This document shows positions 9,009-19,676 of a stretch of DNA of 64,000 nucleotides, piece by piece. A model generated the notes under the pieces. The model was not told where the DNA came from. It searched no databases and saw nothing but the letters and a program-made list of their open reading frames with translations. Origin of the DNA: Candidatus Woesearchaeota archaeon B3_Woes (GTDB lineage: Archaea; Nanobdellota; Nanobdellia; Woesearchaeales; B3-WOES); NCBI GenBank assembly GCA_005222965.1, contig NJBG01000001.1, positions 82,323 through 146,322 on the forward strand, given 5' to 3'. The stretch's first letter is position 1. Every line of letters starts with the position of its first letter. A program made the translations under genes and the position numbers.

Positions 9009-10000
9009 ATCTTTGGATAAATTCCTTCCTGCATAAAAACCTTGTTGATCTTAACACCAACACCTTTTAACTCATTCATCATCTGGCTAGAAGTCATATT
9101 TGCAGTTCCAACAGCAACTAATTCATCCTTCAAAGTCATAACAGCAACAATATCCTCTCTTTTAATACCTGACTCAAGCTTAGAAATCCCAGGCATTTTA
9201 AGATTAGAACCATGAGTTAGGCTATGAACAGTTGTATCTAAAACCCAAAGTTTAGGCAAATGTCTAACAGCAGTTTCAATTGGTTTTATACAATGCCTAA
9301 TAAATTTCTCATTGCCTTCATTTTTATAATACCAATAAGCATCTGTTAGATCATGCAAAGTAACTAATCCTTTTTCACCAAAAGGTCCTGCTTTTGTTCT
9401 TCTTAATTCAGCCATATGTGCTCCCATGTTTAACTTCCTTCCAATATCGTGGCACAATTTTCTTATATAGGTTCCAGCCTCTACTCCTGTTCTAAACAAA
9501 ACATCTTGATCAATAACTTCAATAATATCAAAATAATAGATTTCTCTTTCTCTTAATTGTCTTTTAACAGCAGATTTTATAGGTGGTTTTTGTTGTATCT
9601 TTCCTATAAAATGTTTTTTAATAACTCTTTCTACCTCTTCTTTTGAAATTTCTTTATGTAAATGCATTATTCCAACATACTCTTTTCCTGCTTTTAGCAA
9701 TGATTGTACAATTCTTGTTGCTCTTCCTACAGCTACTAATAAAACTCCAGTTACAATAGGATCTAGAGTTCCTGAATGTCCTGATTTTTTTATACCTAAA
9801 ATTTTTTGAACATAAGCACTTGTCTGATGAGAAGTAGGGCCTCTTGGTTTGTCTATATTAACAACACCATAATTAATTAGTTCTTTTACAGATCTCTCTT
9901 CTGGATTACAACCAAATTTATCAGAAGTCTTAGATTCCTTTTTAACAAGGGTTTCTCTCTTATTCTTTTCAAAAGGTAATAAATTATTCATTTTATACAC
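9005..10000 (-). CDS. cbf5: tRNA/rRNA pseudouridine synthase Cbf5 (TruB catalytic domain plus PUA)
   Basis: Catalytic HSGTLDP motif. C-terminal PUA-like segment LKMPGISKLESGIKREDIVAVMTLKDELVAVG. Confidence 0.85.
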   Translation of the reverse strand: MYKMNNLLPFEKNKRETLVKKESKTSDKFGCNPEERSVKELINYGVVNIDKPRGPTSHQTSAYVQKILGIKKSGHSGTLDPIVTGVLLVAVGRATRIVQSLLKAGKEYVGIMHLHKEISKEEVERVIKKHFIGKIQQKPPIKSAVKRQLREREIYYFDIIEVIDQDVLFRTGVEAGTYIRKLCHDIGRKLNMGAHMAELRRTKAGPFGEKGLVTLHDLTDAYWYYKNEGNEKFIRHCIKPIETAVRHLPKLWVLDTTVHSLTHGSNLKMPGISKLESGIKREDIVAVMTLKDELVAVGTANMTSSQMMNELKGVGVKINKVFMQEGIYPKI

Positions 10001-10075
10001 TCAAATATCGGTTAATAAGAAAGAATTAATTTGCGTTAATAAGATTTGCGGTTTTAACATCATCATAGAATGATT

Positions 10076-10381
10076 CTATTGAAGAATTATATGACGGATA
10101 TGATAAGGTGTCCATTTGGGTTCAAAACCAATACAATGAGGATAACAAGGTTCAATTTTAGCAAGGATTGAAGATTTTCCTAATAAATGTTTAGCAACAG
10201 TTCTATGAGTTCCGTCATTTAAATAATATTTCCCAGTATGTACACAATAACTAACAGACACAGGATCTACTTCTTCTCCTTGATGATATCTCACCATATA
10301 TTTTCTGACCTTTTTTTGAGTTACTTCTGGATAATCTAATAATAAATCTTCAATCTTTAATTCCAATAAGTTATCTGTCAT
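10076..10381 (-). CDS. Hypothetical protein (101 aa)
   Basis: ORF only. Confidence 0.35.
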   Translation of the reverse strand: MTDNLLELKIEDLLLDYPEVTQKKVRKYMVRYHQGEEVDPVSVSYCVHTGKYYLNDGTHRTVAKHLLGKSSILAKIEPCYPHCIGFEPKWTPYHIRHIILQ

Positions 10382-10514
10382 AATAATTAAGAAATAATGT
10401 CAATAATTTAAAGCCTTTGTTGTCAACTTTTTAGATGAAATTTTCTTAATGCAAATCATCGCTTAATCATCTGAGCAGAAACCTTTATATAAAACTAAAA
10501 ACCATATAAATTAA

Positions 10515-11147
10515 ATGAAGAAACAAAATACATTAATGAACCTCATAGGCCAAATAAGATTTTATTCTCTTGTAGATTTAATGATTCTTCTTATAGCAAT
10601 AGGAACGAACAAACTACAATTTATCGGAGTGATCTTTTTACATTTAGGATTTATTTTGTATCTAGAATATATTCATTCTCATTCTTATAGGATGTCTTTC
10701 CCTAAATTTTTGTGGAGTATTCTATTGATCATAGGACTCATTTTTTATAATCATATTGCAGTTATTGGATTTTTGATTTGTAGCTTTTTGTATACAAGAA
10801 AGAATTTACCAACACTTGGTTTGTATAGTCCACTTTTTAGGGGTTTACAATACTATTTCCTTACTGCAGGAATTGTAGGATTTCTCAATCCCCTCTCCTT
10901 CCTAGCTGGAGTTTTGCTAACCCTTCGTAATTTTGCTGGCGATTTAAGAGATACTGTAAAAGATAGAAAAGAAGGATTAAAAACAATTCCAATCATATTT
11001 GGATTGAAGAAAAGTATTAAACATATCCATCTAATAGTCTTATTGATAACCTCCCTTGTCTGGTGGTACATCTCAGGATTATCTATCTTATGGCTTGCCA
11101 TTTTGTATGTTATTCAAATAGGAACTTATAATTTAACACCCAGATAA
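10515..11147 (+). CDS. Polytopic membrane protein, possibly UbiA-type prenyltransferase-like
   Basis: About 6 TM helices. NFAGDLRDTVKDRKEGLKTIPI resembles a UbiA-family Asp-rich loop. It is short for the family. Confidence 0.35.
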   Translation: MKKQNTLMNLIGQIRFYSLVDLMILLIAIGTNKLQFIGVIFLHLGFILYLEYIHSHSYRMSFPKFLWSILLIIGLIFYNHIAVIGFLICSFLYTRKNLPTLGLYSPLFRGLQYYFLTAGIVGFLNPLSFLAGVLLTLRNFAGDLRDTVKDRKEGLKTIPIIFGLKKSIKHIHLIVLLITSLVWWYISGLSILWLAILYVIQIGTYNLTPR

Positions 11148-11267
11148 AGCACGTGCTTTCTCACCAACCTCAAAACTGAACATCTCTTAATCGCGATGTT
11201 ATTTTCAATCGGCAAATGGTAAAACTGTGGAAAGGATAAAATGATTTAATTTAATAAGATTATGGTT

Positions 11268-12041
11268 TTAAGATAATAATAATTTAACACAATTTTTAAT
11301 GCTTGGATAAAACTTTGAGACTAAACCAGGATATTTAACAATAGTTTTAGCCCCCATATATATTGTATCCATATACATCCTCATATGATCCTTTAATCTT
11401 GGGTTAAATTTTAATATTCCTTGTTCCTTATCCATGTTCAAATCCACTGCTGCATCTGCCATATTGCCTAGCTCCCCTAGTTCAATGAATAATGTCTTAA
11501 ATCTTGATAAACCCCCTTGCAAACCCGGTTCAATAATTTCATAAAAGAGTTTAGCTGTTAGTCTACCAACTCTTTTTCTATTTTTAATATAAGTTTTTAT
11601 ATCAGGGGAATTTGACTCAGTATTCACTGCATGATATAATTCAGTAAAGCTTTTTAGAATATTATCATACCTATCAGGTTCTATCTGTTTTTTTAGAAGT
11701 TCAGTTAAATATAACACTTCATCTGTTTCAGTCTCAGAATCAAATTTTTCAGATTTATCTCTTAACCTTTCAAGAACCTGGATCCCAACGTTACAATCAA
11801 AATCGTCAATTCTATCATCAACTGTCTTAATCCATATTGAGAGTATTCCAATTTTTTTTCTAACATCCTCTGGCACATATGAAATATTAAAGTAATCTAA
11901 ATATGATACAACCCTGTCACTGATATTTCTATATGGGACATACCTCTCTTCCATTATCAAAGATTTAATATCTGGCCCTTTGCTAGATGTTTCTTCTTCA
12001 ATTAACTGGATTAGGCTTTTACAATTTTCGTCTCTTCTCAT
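11268..12041 (-). CDS. Hypothetical protein with Asp-rich VDDRIDDFD motif (isoprenoid-synthase-like?)
   Basis: DDxxD-like motif. Sits beside the putative prenyltransferase. Confidence 0.35.
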   Translation of the reverse strand: MRRDENCKSLIQLIEEETSSKGPDIKSLIMEERYVPYRNISDRVVSYLDYFNISYVPEDVRKKIGILSIWIKTVDDRIDDFDCNVGIQVLERLRDKSEKFDSETETDEVLYLTELLKKQIEPDRYDNILKSFTELYHAVNTESNSPDIKTYIKNRKRVGRLTAKLFYEIIEPGLQGGLSRFKTLFIELGELGNMADAAVDLNMDKEQGILKFNPRLKDHMRMYMDTIYMGAKTIVKYPGLVSKFYPSIKNCVKLLLS

Positions 12042-12134
12042 CTTAAAAACCTAAAGAAATTCTTTAGGCACCTTATTAGTACCTCTTTATGTTTAGAAAT
12101 ATTCAATCATTTAAAAATTTTCCTTTAATTAATT

Positions 12135-12755
12135 TCACAAATTAAGATAATCTAATTTTTGAATAACTCCTTTTACTCTTTCTTCCTTTTGCTGTAACAC
12201 TGTCATAGCATCCCAAGTTCCATTCAAGAAAGCTTGTCTTCTTCCTTCAGATATATCTAAATCAATAGATTTACCATCATATCTGATAACCTTATCAGCA
12301 AGACTAAGTAAGATTTTAGTAGAAGGTTCTTGTTTTACAAAATCTGCTAATTCTGTAGCATCTTGTGGAGAAACAGTAACTCCTACAACACCTAAACTTG
12401 CACAATTCCCAGCAAAAATCTCTGCAAAACTTGGAGCTATTATTGCATTAAGTCCGTATCTATGTAAAGCTTGGGGTGCGTGTTCTCTTGAAGATCCACA
12501 TCCATAATTAGCACCACCTATAAGAATTGTAGCGCCTTGATATTTTGGATCATTAAATGGGTGATCTTCTATTGGTTTCCCATCTTTGAATCTTTCATCA
12601 AAATATGCGTAATCTCCCATATTTGCAAAAGTAATCTCTTTCAAATATCTTGCAGGAACAATATCATCAGTATTTTGATCATTTGCAGGTTTTGGAATAC
12701 CTCTTCCTTTTAGTTCGATTATTTGGTTTTCAGGAATTATAAATTTATCACTCAT
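12135..12755 (-). CDS. leuD: 3-isopropylmalate/homoaconitate dehydratase small subunit (LeuD family)
   Basis: Aconitase swivel-domain signature GANYGCGSSREHAP. Adjacent to the large subunit. Confidence 0.75.
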   Translation of the reverse strand: MSDKFIIPENQIIELKGRGIPKPANDQNTDDIVPARYLKEITFANMGDYAYFDERFKDGKPIEDHPFNDPKYQGATILIGGANYGCGSSREHAPQALHRYGLNAIIAPSFAEIFAGNCASLGVVGVTVSPQDATELADFVKQEPSTKILLSLADKVIRYDGKSIDLDISEGRRQAFLNGTWDAMTVLQQKEERVKGVIQKLDYLNL

Positions 12756-12756
12756 T

Positions 12757-14157
12757 TTATTTACCTCTTAAGTAAGGTGTTGGATCAGCGATTTTTCCTG
12801 CTATTGCTGAAGCTGCAGCCATGTATGGGCTCATTAAATGAGTTCTCCCAGTAGGACTTCCTTGTCTTCCTTTAAAATTCCGATTTGATGTAGAAGCGCT
12901 TCTTTGATAACCTTCTAGTTTATCTGGATTCATTGCAAGACACATTGAACAACCCGCATATCTCCACTCTGCTCCAGCTTCTTTAAAGATTCTATCTAAT
13001 CCTTCTTCTTCAGCTAAATATTTAATTTCCTCTGACCCTGGAACAACCAATGTTTTTACAGAAACTTTATTTCCTGCTAATACTTCAGCTGCTGCTTCTA
13101 AATCACTTAATCTTCCATTTGTACACGAACCAATGAAAGCTACATCTATTGGTGTTCCAGCAATTTGATCTCCTGCTTTCAATCCCATATAATTAAGAGC
13201 ATCTTCTGCTTCACTTCTTTGTTTATCAGTAAGATTATCTAAGTAAGGAATTTTTTGATCAATTTCTACTGCTTGTCCAGGATTAATGCCCCAAGATACC
13301 ATTGGTTTAACTTCAGAAACATCAAATACTACCTTATCATCATATTCTGCGTCTGGTTCAGAAGCAATTGATTTCCAGTATGCTACTGCTTTTTCAAAAT
13401 CTTTTGGAGCAAAAGCTTTTCCTTTCAAGAAATCGAAAGTTGTTTGATCAGGATTTACATAACCAGATCTGGCGCCCCCTTCAACAGCCATATTACATAA
13501 AGTCATTCTTCCTTCCATAGACATACTGTCAATTACTTCTCCGCCAAATTCATATGCAAAACCAACACCTCCTTCTACACCAAGTTGGTTTATCATATAG
13601 AGTGCTAAATCTTTAGCAGTAACTCCTTTTTGTAATTCGCCATTAAATTCAACTTTTCTAACTTTCAAAGGGTCCATGGCAAGTGTTTGTGTTGCAAGAA
13701 CATGACTAACTTGAGTAGTTCCAATACCAAATGAAAGTGCACCAAAAGCACCATATGTGCAGGTATGACTATCTCCACAAACTGCAAGAACACCTGGCAA
13801 GATTAAACCTTGTTCAGGGAATGATACGTGACATACGCCTTGTTTGCCTGAGCCTGGTGCAAAGTATTCAATACCAAATTCCTTGATTTTGGTTTCTAAA
13901 GTTTTTGTCATTAACTCTGCTTGTGAATCTTGAAAAGGTCTTGATAAATCATGTGTAGGGATTACGTGATCAACAACAGCAGTAGTAAGTTCTGGATGTT
14001 TAACGTTTAATCCTCTTTCTCTAAGCATCTCAAATGCCTGCGGACTTGTAACTTCGTGCACTAGATGTCTTCCAACAAAAAGTTGTGTTTGTCCAGTTGG
14101 TAATTTCCCTACTTCGTGATTTTTCCAAACCTTATCATAAAGTGTTCCTTTTGACAT
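12757..14157 (-). CDS. leuC: 3-isopropylmalate/homoaconitate dehydratase large subunit (LeuC family)
   Basis: Aconitase-family motifs: [14 protein letters not shown], and the Cys ligands IGSCTNGR and CSMCLAMN. Confidence 0.8.
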   Translation of the reverse strand: MSKGTLYDKVWKNHEVGKLPTGQTQLFVGRHLVHEVTSPQAFEMLRERGLNVKHPELTTAVVDHVIPTHDLSRPFQDSQAELMTKTLETKIKEFGIEYFAPGSGKQGVCHVSFPEQGLILPGVLAVCGDSHTCTYGAFGALSFGIGTTQVSHVLATQTLAMDPLKVRKVEFNGELQKGVTAKDLALYMINQLGVEGGVGFAYEFGGEVIDSMSMEGRMTLCNMAVEGGARSGYVNPDQTTFDFLKGKAFAPKDFEKAVAYWKSIASEPDAEYDDKVVFDVSEVKPMVSWGINPGQAVEIDQKIPYLDNLTDKQRSEAEDALNYMGLKAGDQIAGTPIDVAFIGSCTNGRLSDLEAAAEVLAGNKVSVKTLVVPGSEEIKYLAEEEGLDRIFKEAGAEWRYAGCSMCLAMNPDKLEGYQRSASTSNRNFKGRQGSPTGRTHLMSPYMAAASAIAGKIADPTPYLRGK

Positions 14158-14159
14158 TT

Positions 14160-15731
14160 TTATGCTGCCTCTCTAACATATTGAACAATTAGATCCCCCA
14201 TCTCTTTGGTTGAAACTTGTTTATATCCTGGTTCCATTATATCCTGTGTTCTCGCTGTTTTTAATGCTTTATCTATTGCAGTATAAACCATTTGAGCCCC
14301 TTCTTTGTCTCCTAAGTCTTCAAGCATCATTGCAGCACTTCTAATTTCTGCAATAGGGTTTGCAATTCCTTTTCCTGCAATATCGGGGGCACTTCCAGCT
14401 ATTTGCTCATAAATTCCAAAACCTTCTGCATTAACAGCAGATGAAGGCATTATACCTAATGATTTACCTACAACAGCAGCTGCCAAATCTGTATAAATAT
14501 CCCCCATCATATTACTTGCGATTACTGTGCCTAATGATGCAGGATCCGTTAATAATGTTTCAACACTTTCTTTAACATTCATGTGTCTCAATCGATACCC
14601 TTCTTTAGAAGCATTTTGATCCAATACTTTTGCCCAATAACCAAAAGTAGGCACACCATCAATTTCTAAAGAGTCAATTGTTTCTAAACCTAATTGCGAA
14701 TTAACTCTATTTGCTACAGAACCTAAATCATTGACTGTTTTTGAATCATAATGCAAAGTGTCAAATGATACTTCATCTCCAGAACTTCTTTTTCCAAAAT
14801 ATAATCCACCGCAAAGTTCTCTAATGAATGTCCTATAAACTCCATTCTCTTTTATCTCTTGAATAGCTTCTCTATTCACAGATTTACTTCCGCTGACAAC
14901 ATCAACAATTGCTTGTAAGAAATCCCCAAACATTGCATCAGCAATAACAATTGTATTTGCATATCTTTGAGGATTAGCTGCAATCTGCATTCCAGCGTTG
15001 TCGATAATTAGTTGTCCGTTTTGAGACCATTCATTTAGTTGAACTTGCCCTTGATATTCCTGAGCAACTCTTTCAAAAGTATCACTTAACATTTTTTCAG
15101 AAACAAGAACATTGTATTTTGAAGCACATAAAACTTGTTTGCTTGTTTCTTTAGCTTTTTCAAAAGCACTTCTTACTGTTTTTTCTAAACCTGATTTGCT
15201 AAATTGTTTTCTTGTAGAATGATAATCATCTCCTTGTTCAGTAGCTCCGTTGAATAAAGATTCTTCAGGACTTATTATTTCAAAACCTTCAACTTCAATA
15301 GGATCTCTAAATAAAATTGAGTTATGAGCTAATATTGGATCAATAATAAATGGTCTGTTATTAACAACACCATATCTTTTTCTCATCCCAAGAAGAGCAA
15401 GTTCAGCAGTTCTCTTTGGTAAATCATATCTTCCAACAGCTCCAAACAAAACTGCTCCTCCAGTATCACGAGCATGATCCATAGCATCTAATGTTGCTTG
15501 TGGTAAAGTTAAGCTTCTTTTAGCATCATCATCCCATTTATCTATCTCTTCTTTCTCTTCTTCTGACATATTAGCAGTTGCTTTATCATATGCAACTCCC
15601 CCCATATCAGCGAACTTATAATCAAATTTATGACCTCTTACTTCAGAAATAGCATCTAAGACTTTAATAGCTTCATTTGTTATTTCAGGACCGATTCCAT
15701 CACCTTGTATGACTGTAATATTCTTGTTCAT
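14160..15731 (-). CDS. Isocitrate/isopropylmalate dehydrogenase-family protein, unusually long (523 aa) with internal insertions
   Basis: N-terminal [13 protein letters not shown] and C-terminal [14 protein letters not shown] are the family's hallmark motifs. About 150 extra residues lie between them. Confidence 0.6.
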   Translation of the reverse strand: MNKNITVIQGDGIGPEITNEAIKVLDAISEVRGHKFDYKFADMGGVAYDKATANMSEEEKEEIDKWDDDAKRSLTLPQATLDAMDHARDTGGAVLFGAVGRYDLPKRTAELALLGMRKRYGVVNNRPFIIDPILAHNSILFRDPIEVEGFEIISPEESLFNGATEQGDDYHSTRKQFSKSGLEKTVRSAFEKAKETSKQVLCASKYNVLVSEKMLSDTFERVAQEYQGQVQLNEWSQNGQLIIDNAGMQIAANPQRYANTIVIADAMFGDFLQAIVDVVSGSKSVNREAIQEIKENGVYRTFIRELCGGLYFGKRSSGDEVSFDTLHYDSKTVNDLGSVANRVNSQLGLETIDSLEIDGVPTFGYWAKVLDQNASKEGYRLRHMNVKESVETLLTDPASLGTVIASNMMGDIYTDLAAAVVGKSLGIMPSSAVNAEGFGIYEQIAGSAPDIAGKGIANPIAEIRSAAMMLEDLGDKEGAQMVYTAIDKALKTARTQDIMEPGYKQVSTKEMGDLIVQYVREAA

Positions 15732-15825
15732 TTTAGCACCACCAAATGCGTTTACTTTATAAAAAGAATAATCAAATGCTTTATAAACTTTACTTTTATA
15801 ACTACTATAAAATAGAAACTATAAT

Positions 15826-15867
15826 TGTTGCTCAACTGGTTTTTCTTTTACAACAGGTTTAGGAGCA
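15826..15867. repeat. 42-nt exact duplicate of the 3' coding end of rpl31e (24036..24077)
   Basis: tgttgctcaactggtttttcttttacaacaggtttaggagca is identical at both loci. Here it is intergenic. Confidence 0.9.
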
Positions 15868-15984
15868 TGGCAAATGACAAGTGTATACTCTATAATGCCT
15901 AAAACAAGAGAAATAAAGAATCACGGCCCTTCCACTATTTGCCAACACCTGCTTAATACTTCGTTTAATAGGTGTTAAATCCAA
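15867..15984. repeat. Copy A of a ~120-bp repeated intergenic element (5' module atggcaaatgRcaagtgtat; 3' module ctatttgccaacacct-N17-aggtgtta)
   Basis: Aligns over its whole length with 21715..21832. The 3' module recurs at 25370..25412 and 42586..42605. The 5' module recurs inverted at 31383..31399. Confidence 0.85.
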
Positions 15985-16081
15985 TCGCCAGCATTATAAA
16001 TAAAATGATGCAAATAAATAGAGTATAGTTCAAACCAAAGAATTCGAAAAGTATTTATACTGGTATTAATCATATTTACAT

Positions 16082-16351
16082 ATGTTTGCTGTAAGGAAAT
16101 TTTATAAGAAAGTAATGGGAGCAAAAATTGGTCTTTCTGCTCAGCAGTTAAAATTAGTGTTGAGCCTGATAAAACTTAACAAAATTCATACTAAAGAAAA
16201 ACTAATTGCAATGCTTGAGTGGTTTAGAGATGAGTATTCAGAGAAAACATTAGCTAAAAAGAATGATCCATACCACGAATCTTATGATAAGGCGAGAAAA
16301 GAAGAAGTACAACCCATTATTGATCTTATAATGGTGAAACTTGAAGATTAA
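16082..16351 (+). CDS. Hypothetical protein (89 aa)
   Basis: ORF downstream of repeat copy A. Confidence 0.4.
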   Translation: MFAVRKFYKKVMGAKIGLSAQQLKLVLSLIKLNKIHTKEKLIAMLEWFRDEYSEKTLAKKNDPYHESYDKARKEEVQPIIDLIMVKLED

Positions 16352-16359
16352 TAGTTTTT

Positions 16360-17091
16360 CTAAAGCAACAAAGCAGATTTCTTATCCAAATAAACAAAAG
16401 CCTTTTTATGATTCTTCAAAATTGATGATGGACACATTGGAGAAATTCTTTTAGTAAAACACTCTTTAACTATTTCTGATTTTCTTTTTCCAAAAACTAA
16501 ACAAATAATATTCTCGGATTTCATTATCTGTTTAATAGACATTGAAATTGCCTGCTTAGGAACATCAGAAAGTTTTGAAAACCACCCTTCTTTGAGTTGT
16601 TGCTTTCTATTAACCTCATCAAGCTTTACAATAATAAAAGGCTTAGCTGTTTTAAAATCTGCAGGAGGATCATTAAATGCCAAATGCCCATTTTCTCCAA
16701 CACCCAAAAAAGCTATATCAATTTCTTTTTTAGATATCTCCTTATTTAATAATTTAATTTCTTCTTTTGGATCTTTAGAAGTGCTTTTAATTAAATGAAC
16801 TTCACCAAGATGTATCTTATTAATTAATCTTTTCCTTAAATATCTGCGAAAGCTGGCTTTGTGTTTCTCAGGCAAACCAATATACTCATCAAGATGGAAT
16901 AATGTTACCTTGGACCAATCAATTGATTTATCTTTAATAACATTCTTAAGAAATTCAAACTGCGATGTTCCAGTTGCAGCAACAATATTAGCATGTCCTT
17001 TAGATTTAATAGCACTATTTAATATCTCAACAGCCTTTTTAGCAGCTACATAAGATGCCTCTTTTTTTGTATTATAAATTTCAAGTTTCAT
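16360..17091 (-). CDS. nagB: Glucosamine-6-phosphate deaminase / 6-phosphogluconolactonase family (NagB-like)
   Basis: ATGTSQFEF, FHLDEYIGLP and GENGHLAFNDP motifs. Confidence 0.7.
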   Translation of the reverse strand: MKLEIYNTKKEASYVAAKKAVEILNSAIKSKGHANIVAATGTSQFEFLKNVIKDKSIDWSKVTLFHLDEYIGLPEKHKASFRRYLRKRLINKIHLGEVHLIKSTSKDPKEEIKLLNKEISKKEIDIAFLGVGENGHLAFNDPPADFKTAKPFIIVKLDEVNRKQQLKEGWFSKLSDVPKQAISMSIKQIMKSENIICLVFGKRKSEIVKECFTKRISPMCPSSILKNHKKAFVYLDKKSALLL

Positions 17092-17179
17092 CTAACAATA
17101 AACTTCTAATTTAGAAGTATAAAAAATTATCTTTTTATCAAACAACAAATTTATATATTCATAATATTTTAATCAGGTT

Positions 17180-17971
17180 ATGGCCGTTATAGGGTTGGAT
17201 ATTGGTGGAACAAAAATAAAAGCAGGTGTTGTTTCTAATAATCGTATTTTGAAAAAGCTTGTTGTTAAAACAGGAAAAACAAAAAAAGAAGTTATCAATA
17301 ATATTCTAAGTTCTGTTGACTCTTTGTTTGATAAAAAAATCACAGCAATAGGAATTGGGTGTCCTGGCCCTGCAGATTATAATAAAGGCCTTATAAAAAA
17401 TACAACTAATCTGCCATTAGAAGGGGTTAATATTAAGAATATTATCTCAAAAAGATTTAGAAAAAAAACACTAATGGAAAATGATGCAAACTGTTTTGTT
17501 CTTGGAGAATCTATAAGATTGAAAAAGAAAAATATTATTGGATTAACATTAGGAACAGGAATTGGAGGGGGAATTGTTATCAACAACAAATTGTACAAAG
17601 GAAAAGGTAATGCAGGTGAATTAGGACATTGCACAATCAAGTTTGATGGATTAAAAGATAAATTTGGAAAAGGAAATCTAGAAGCCTATCTTTCATCAAA
17701 AGCTATTAAAAAAAGATATAATAAAGAACCGTCTAAATTATCAAAAAAAGACTGGAATGATTATGGAAAGCTATTAGGAACAGGAATTGTAAATCTTGCA
17801 CACACTTTTGATCCAGACATTATTGTAATTGGTGGAGGAATCTCAAAAGCGTTTAACTCTTTCAAAAGTAGTATGAACAATGCGATTAAAAAAAGAACTA
17901 AGTATCAATTCAAAGTCATTAAAGGTTATGAAGACAGCGGGATACTTGGAGCTGCAGCTATAGTCAAATGA
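17180..17971 (+). CDS. ROK-family sugar kinase (glucokinase-like)
   Basis: N-terminal GLDIGGTKIK and GELGH motif. Confidence 0.7.
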   Translation: MAVIGLDIGGTKIKAGVVSNNRILKKLVVKTGKTKKEVINNILSSVDSLFDKKITAIGIGCPGPADYNKGLIKNTTNLPLEGVNIKNIISKRFRKKTLMENDANCFVLGESIRLKKKNIIGLTLGTGIGGGIVINNKLYKGKGNAGELGHCTIKFDGLKDKFGKGNLEAYLSSKAIKKRYNKEPSKLSKKDWNDYGKLLGTGIVNLAHTFDPDIIVIGGGISKAFNSFKSSMNNAIKKRTKYQFKVIKGYEDSGILGAAAIVK

Positions 17972-18540
17972 AAAAGAAAGTTTTAGTGATAGTTGCACAT
18001 CCTGATGATGAAACAATTTGGATGGGTGGGCTTCTTCTAAAGAGTAAAGATAGTTGGAATACAACAATCATAAGTCTTTGTAGGAAAGATGATAAAGACC
18101 GAGCTCCAAAATTCAAAAAAGTTTGCAGAATCTTTAAAGCAAAATGTTTTATGTCTGATTTAGAAGATGAGAAACTAAATAAAATTCCAATAGATGAAGT
18201 TACAAAAAGGATTAAAAGATTTGCAAATAAAAATTACGATTATATTTTTACCCACGGAAAAAATGGAGAATACGGCCACAAAAGACACATCAATGTTAAC
18301 AAAGCAGTAGTTCAAATGCTAAAAGACAAATCTCTATCAGCTAAAAAAGTTTTTTTCTTTTCTTATTCAATGAAAGGGAAGATTTGTTATGCAAAGCAAA
18401 ACTCAGATAGATTTATAAAGTTAAATAAACCACAGTTAGAATCAAAGAAAAAAATCATCAAAGAGGTTTATGGTTTTGACAAAGGCTCTTTTGAAGACCT
18501 TTGTTGCAGAAATGAAGAAGCATTAAAAGAGGTAACATGA
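17968..18540 (+). CDS. PIG-L/LmbE-family N-acetylglucosaminyl deacetylase
   Basis: VIVAHPDDETIWMGG motif. 4-nt overlap with the upstream ROK kinase gene. Confidence 0.75.
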   Translation: MKKKVLVIVAHPDDETIWMGGLLLKSKDSWNTTIISLCRKDDKDRAPKFKKVCRIFKAKCFMSDLEDEKLNKIPIDEVTKRIKRFANKNYDYIFTHGKNGEYGHKRHINVNKAVVQMLKDKSLSAKKVFFFSYSMKGKICYAKQNSDRFIKLNKPQLESKKKIIKEVYGFDKGSFEDLCCRNEEALKEVT

Positions 18541-19676
18541 GAAGCATAGTATTTTACGCTTATCCACCTGAAAACGATGGAACAAGCTTACAAGGACACC
18601 TGCTTTACAAAGGAATCTTGAAGACAGGCAATGATGCAGTGCCATGTCACTTTAAAGATAATCTTCAAAAAAAGTTTTTTCTAAAATATTACAAACCAGA
18701 TGTTGCTTTCGGTGTTGGGTTTTGGGGAAACGTTCCAGAGATTGTTAAAACACCAGCCAGATATGGAATTAAATCTGTTCCGTGGTTTAATGCAGATGGA
18801 TGGGTTGCTAATTATAAAGAGGAATTCGATAATCTTGATCTGATGTTTACAACAAGCGAATGGGTAAGACAAACCTATAAAAGAGATGGAATAGACATAA
18901 GCAAAATAATTCCGATGCATATTGGAATAGACACCAACTTGTTTAAGCCAACAAATAATCTAAACTTTAATAGAAGTATAAAAAATATGCTTGGAATTCA
19001 GGATAATGAAAAGATGATTCTTACGGTTGGAGGAGATACAACCTCAAAAGGCTCACAAGAAATGATGAAAGCATTAGCAGAGGTCAACAAAGAATTTAAA
19101 GATTGGAAATACGTTTGTAAATCCTGGCCTAGTGATTGTGCATCTGACTGGAGAGATAAAGAAGTTGAATTAGCTGAAGAGTTAGGTATAAGTGATAAAA
19201 TTATTTTTTTAACTGATGAATTTGGTCCTGAATTCATGGTTCATCTTTTAAACGCTGCAGATATTTATGCTGCTCCTTCAAGATTAGAAGGTTTTGGAAT
19301 GATCCAGGTAGAAGCAATGTCCTGTGGAAAACCAGTAATATCAATTAATAAGATGGGTCCATCTGAAACAATAATTCATAATAAAACAGGATTTTTAGCC
19401 AAAGTTGGTGAAGAAATAAAATTAGGTCAAGAGTGGGTTTATCCTTCAATGGGTTTTAAAACAAAACAAATAATTGAATTTGATTCACCAAAAACATTTG
19501 GATATAGAGCAGATATAAATGATCTGAGAGATTTTACTCTAAAACTTTTAACAGATTCTGATTTACGAGAACAAATGGGAAAACAAGCAAGAGAACACGT
19601 AGTTCAAAACCTTGATTACAAATATATTTCCCAGAAGATGGTAGATATAACCAAAGAAAAATTAAATTTAGATTAA
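18537..19676 (+). CDS. Glycosyltransferase, GT-B fold (GT4-like)
   Basis: C-terminal EGFGMIQVEAMSCGKPVI matches the E-x7-E GT4 motif region. Confidence 0.7.
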   Translation: MRSIVFYAYPPENDGTSLQGHLLYKGILKTGNDAVPCHFKDNLQKKFFLKYYKPDVAFGVGFWGNVPEIVKTPARYGIKSVPWFNADGWVANYKEEFDNLDLMFTTSEWVRQTYKRDGIDISKIIPMHIGIDTNLFKPTNNLNFNRSIKNMLGIQDNEKMILTVGGDTTSKGSQEMMKALAEVNKEFKDWKYVCKSWPSDCASDWRDKEVELAEELGISDKIIFLTDEFGPEFMVHLLNAADIYAAPSRLEGFGMIQVEAMSCGKPVISINKMGPSETIIHNKTGFLAKVGEEIKLGQEWVYPSMGFKTKQIIEFDSPKTFGYRADINDLRDFTLKLLTDSDLREQMGKQAREHVVQNLDYKYISQKMVDITKEKLNLD

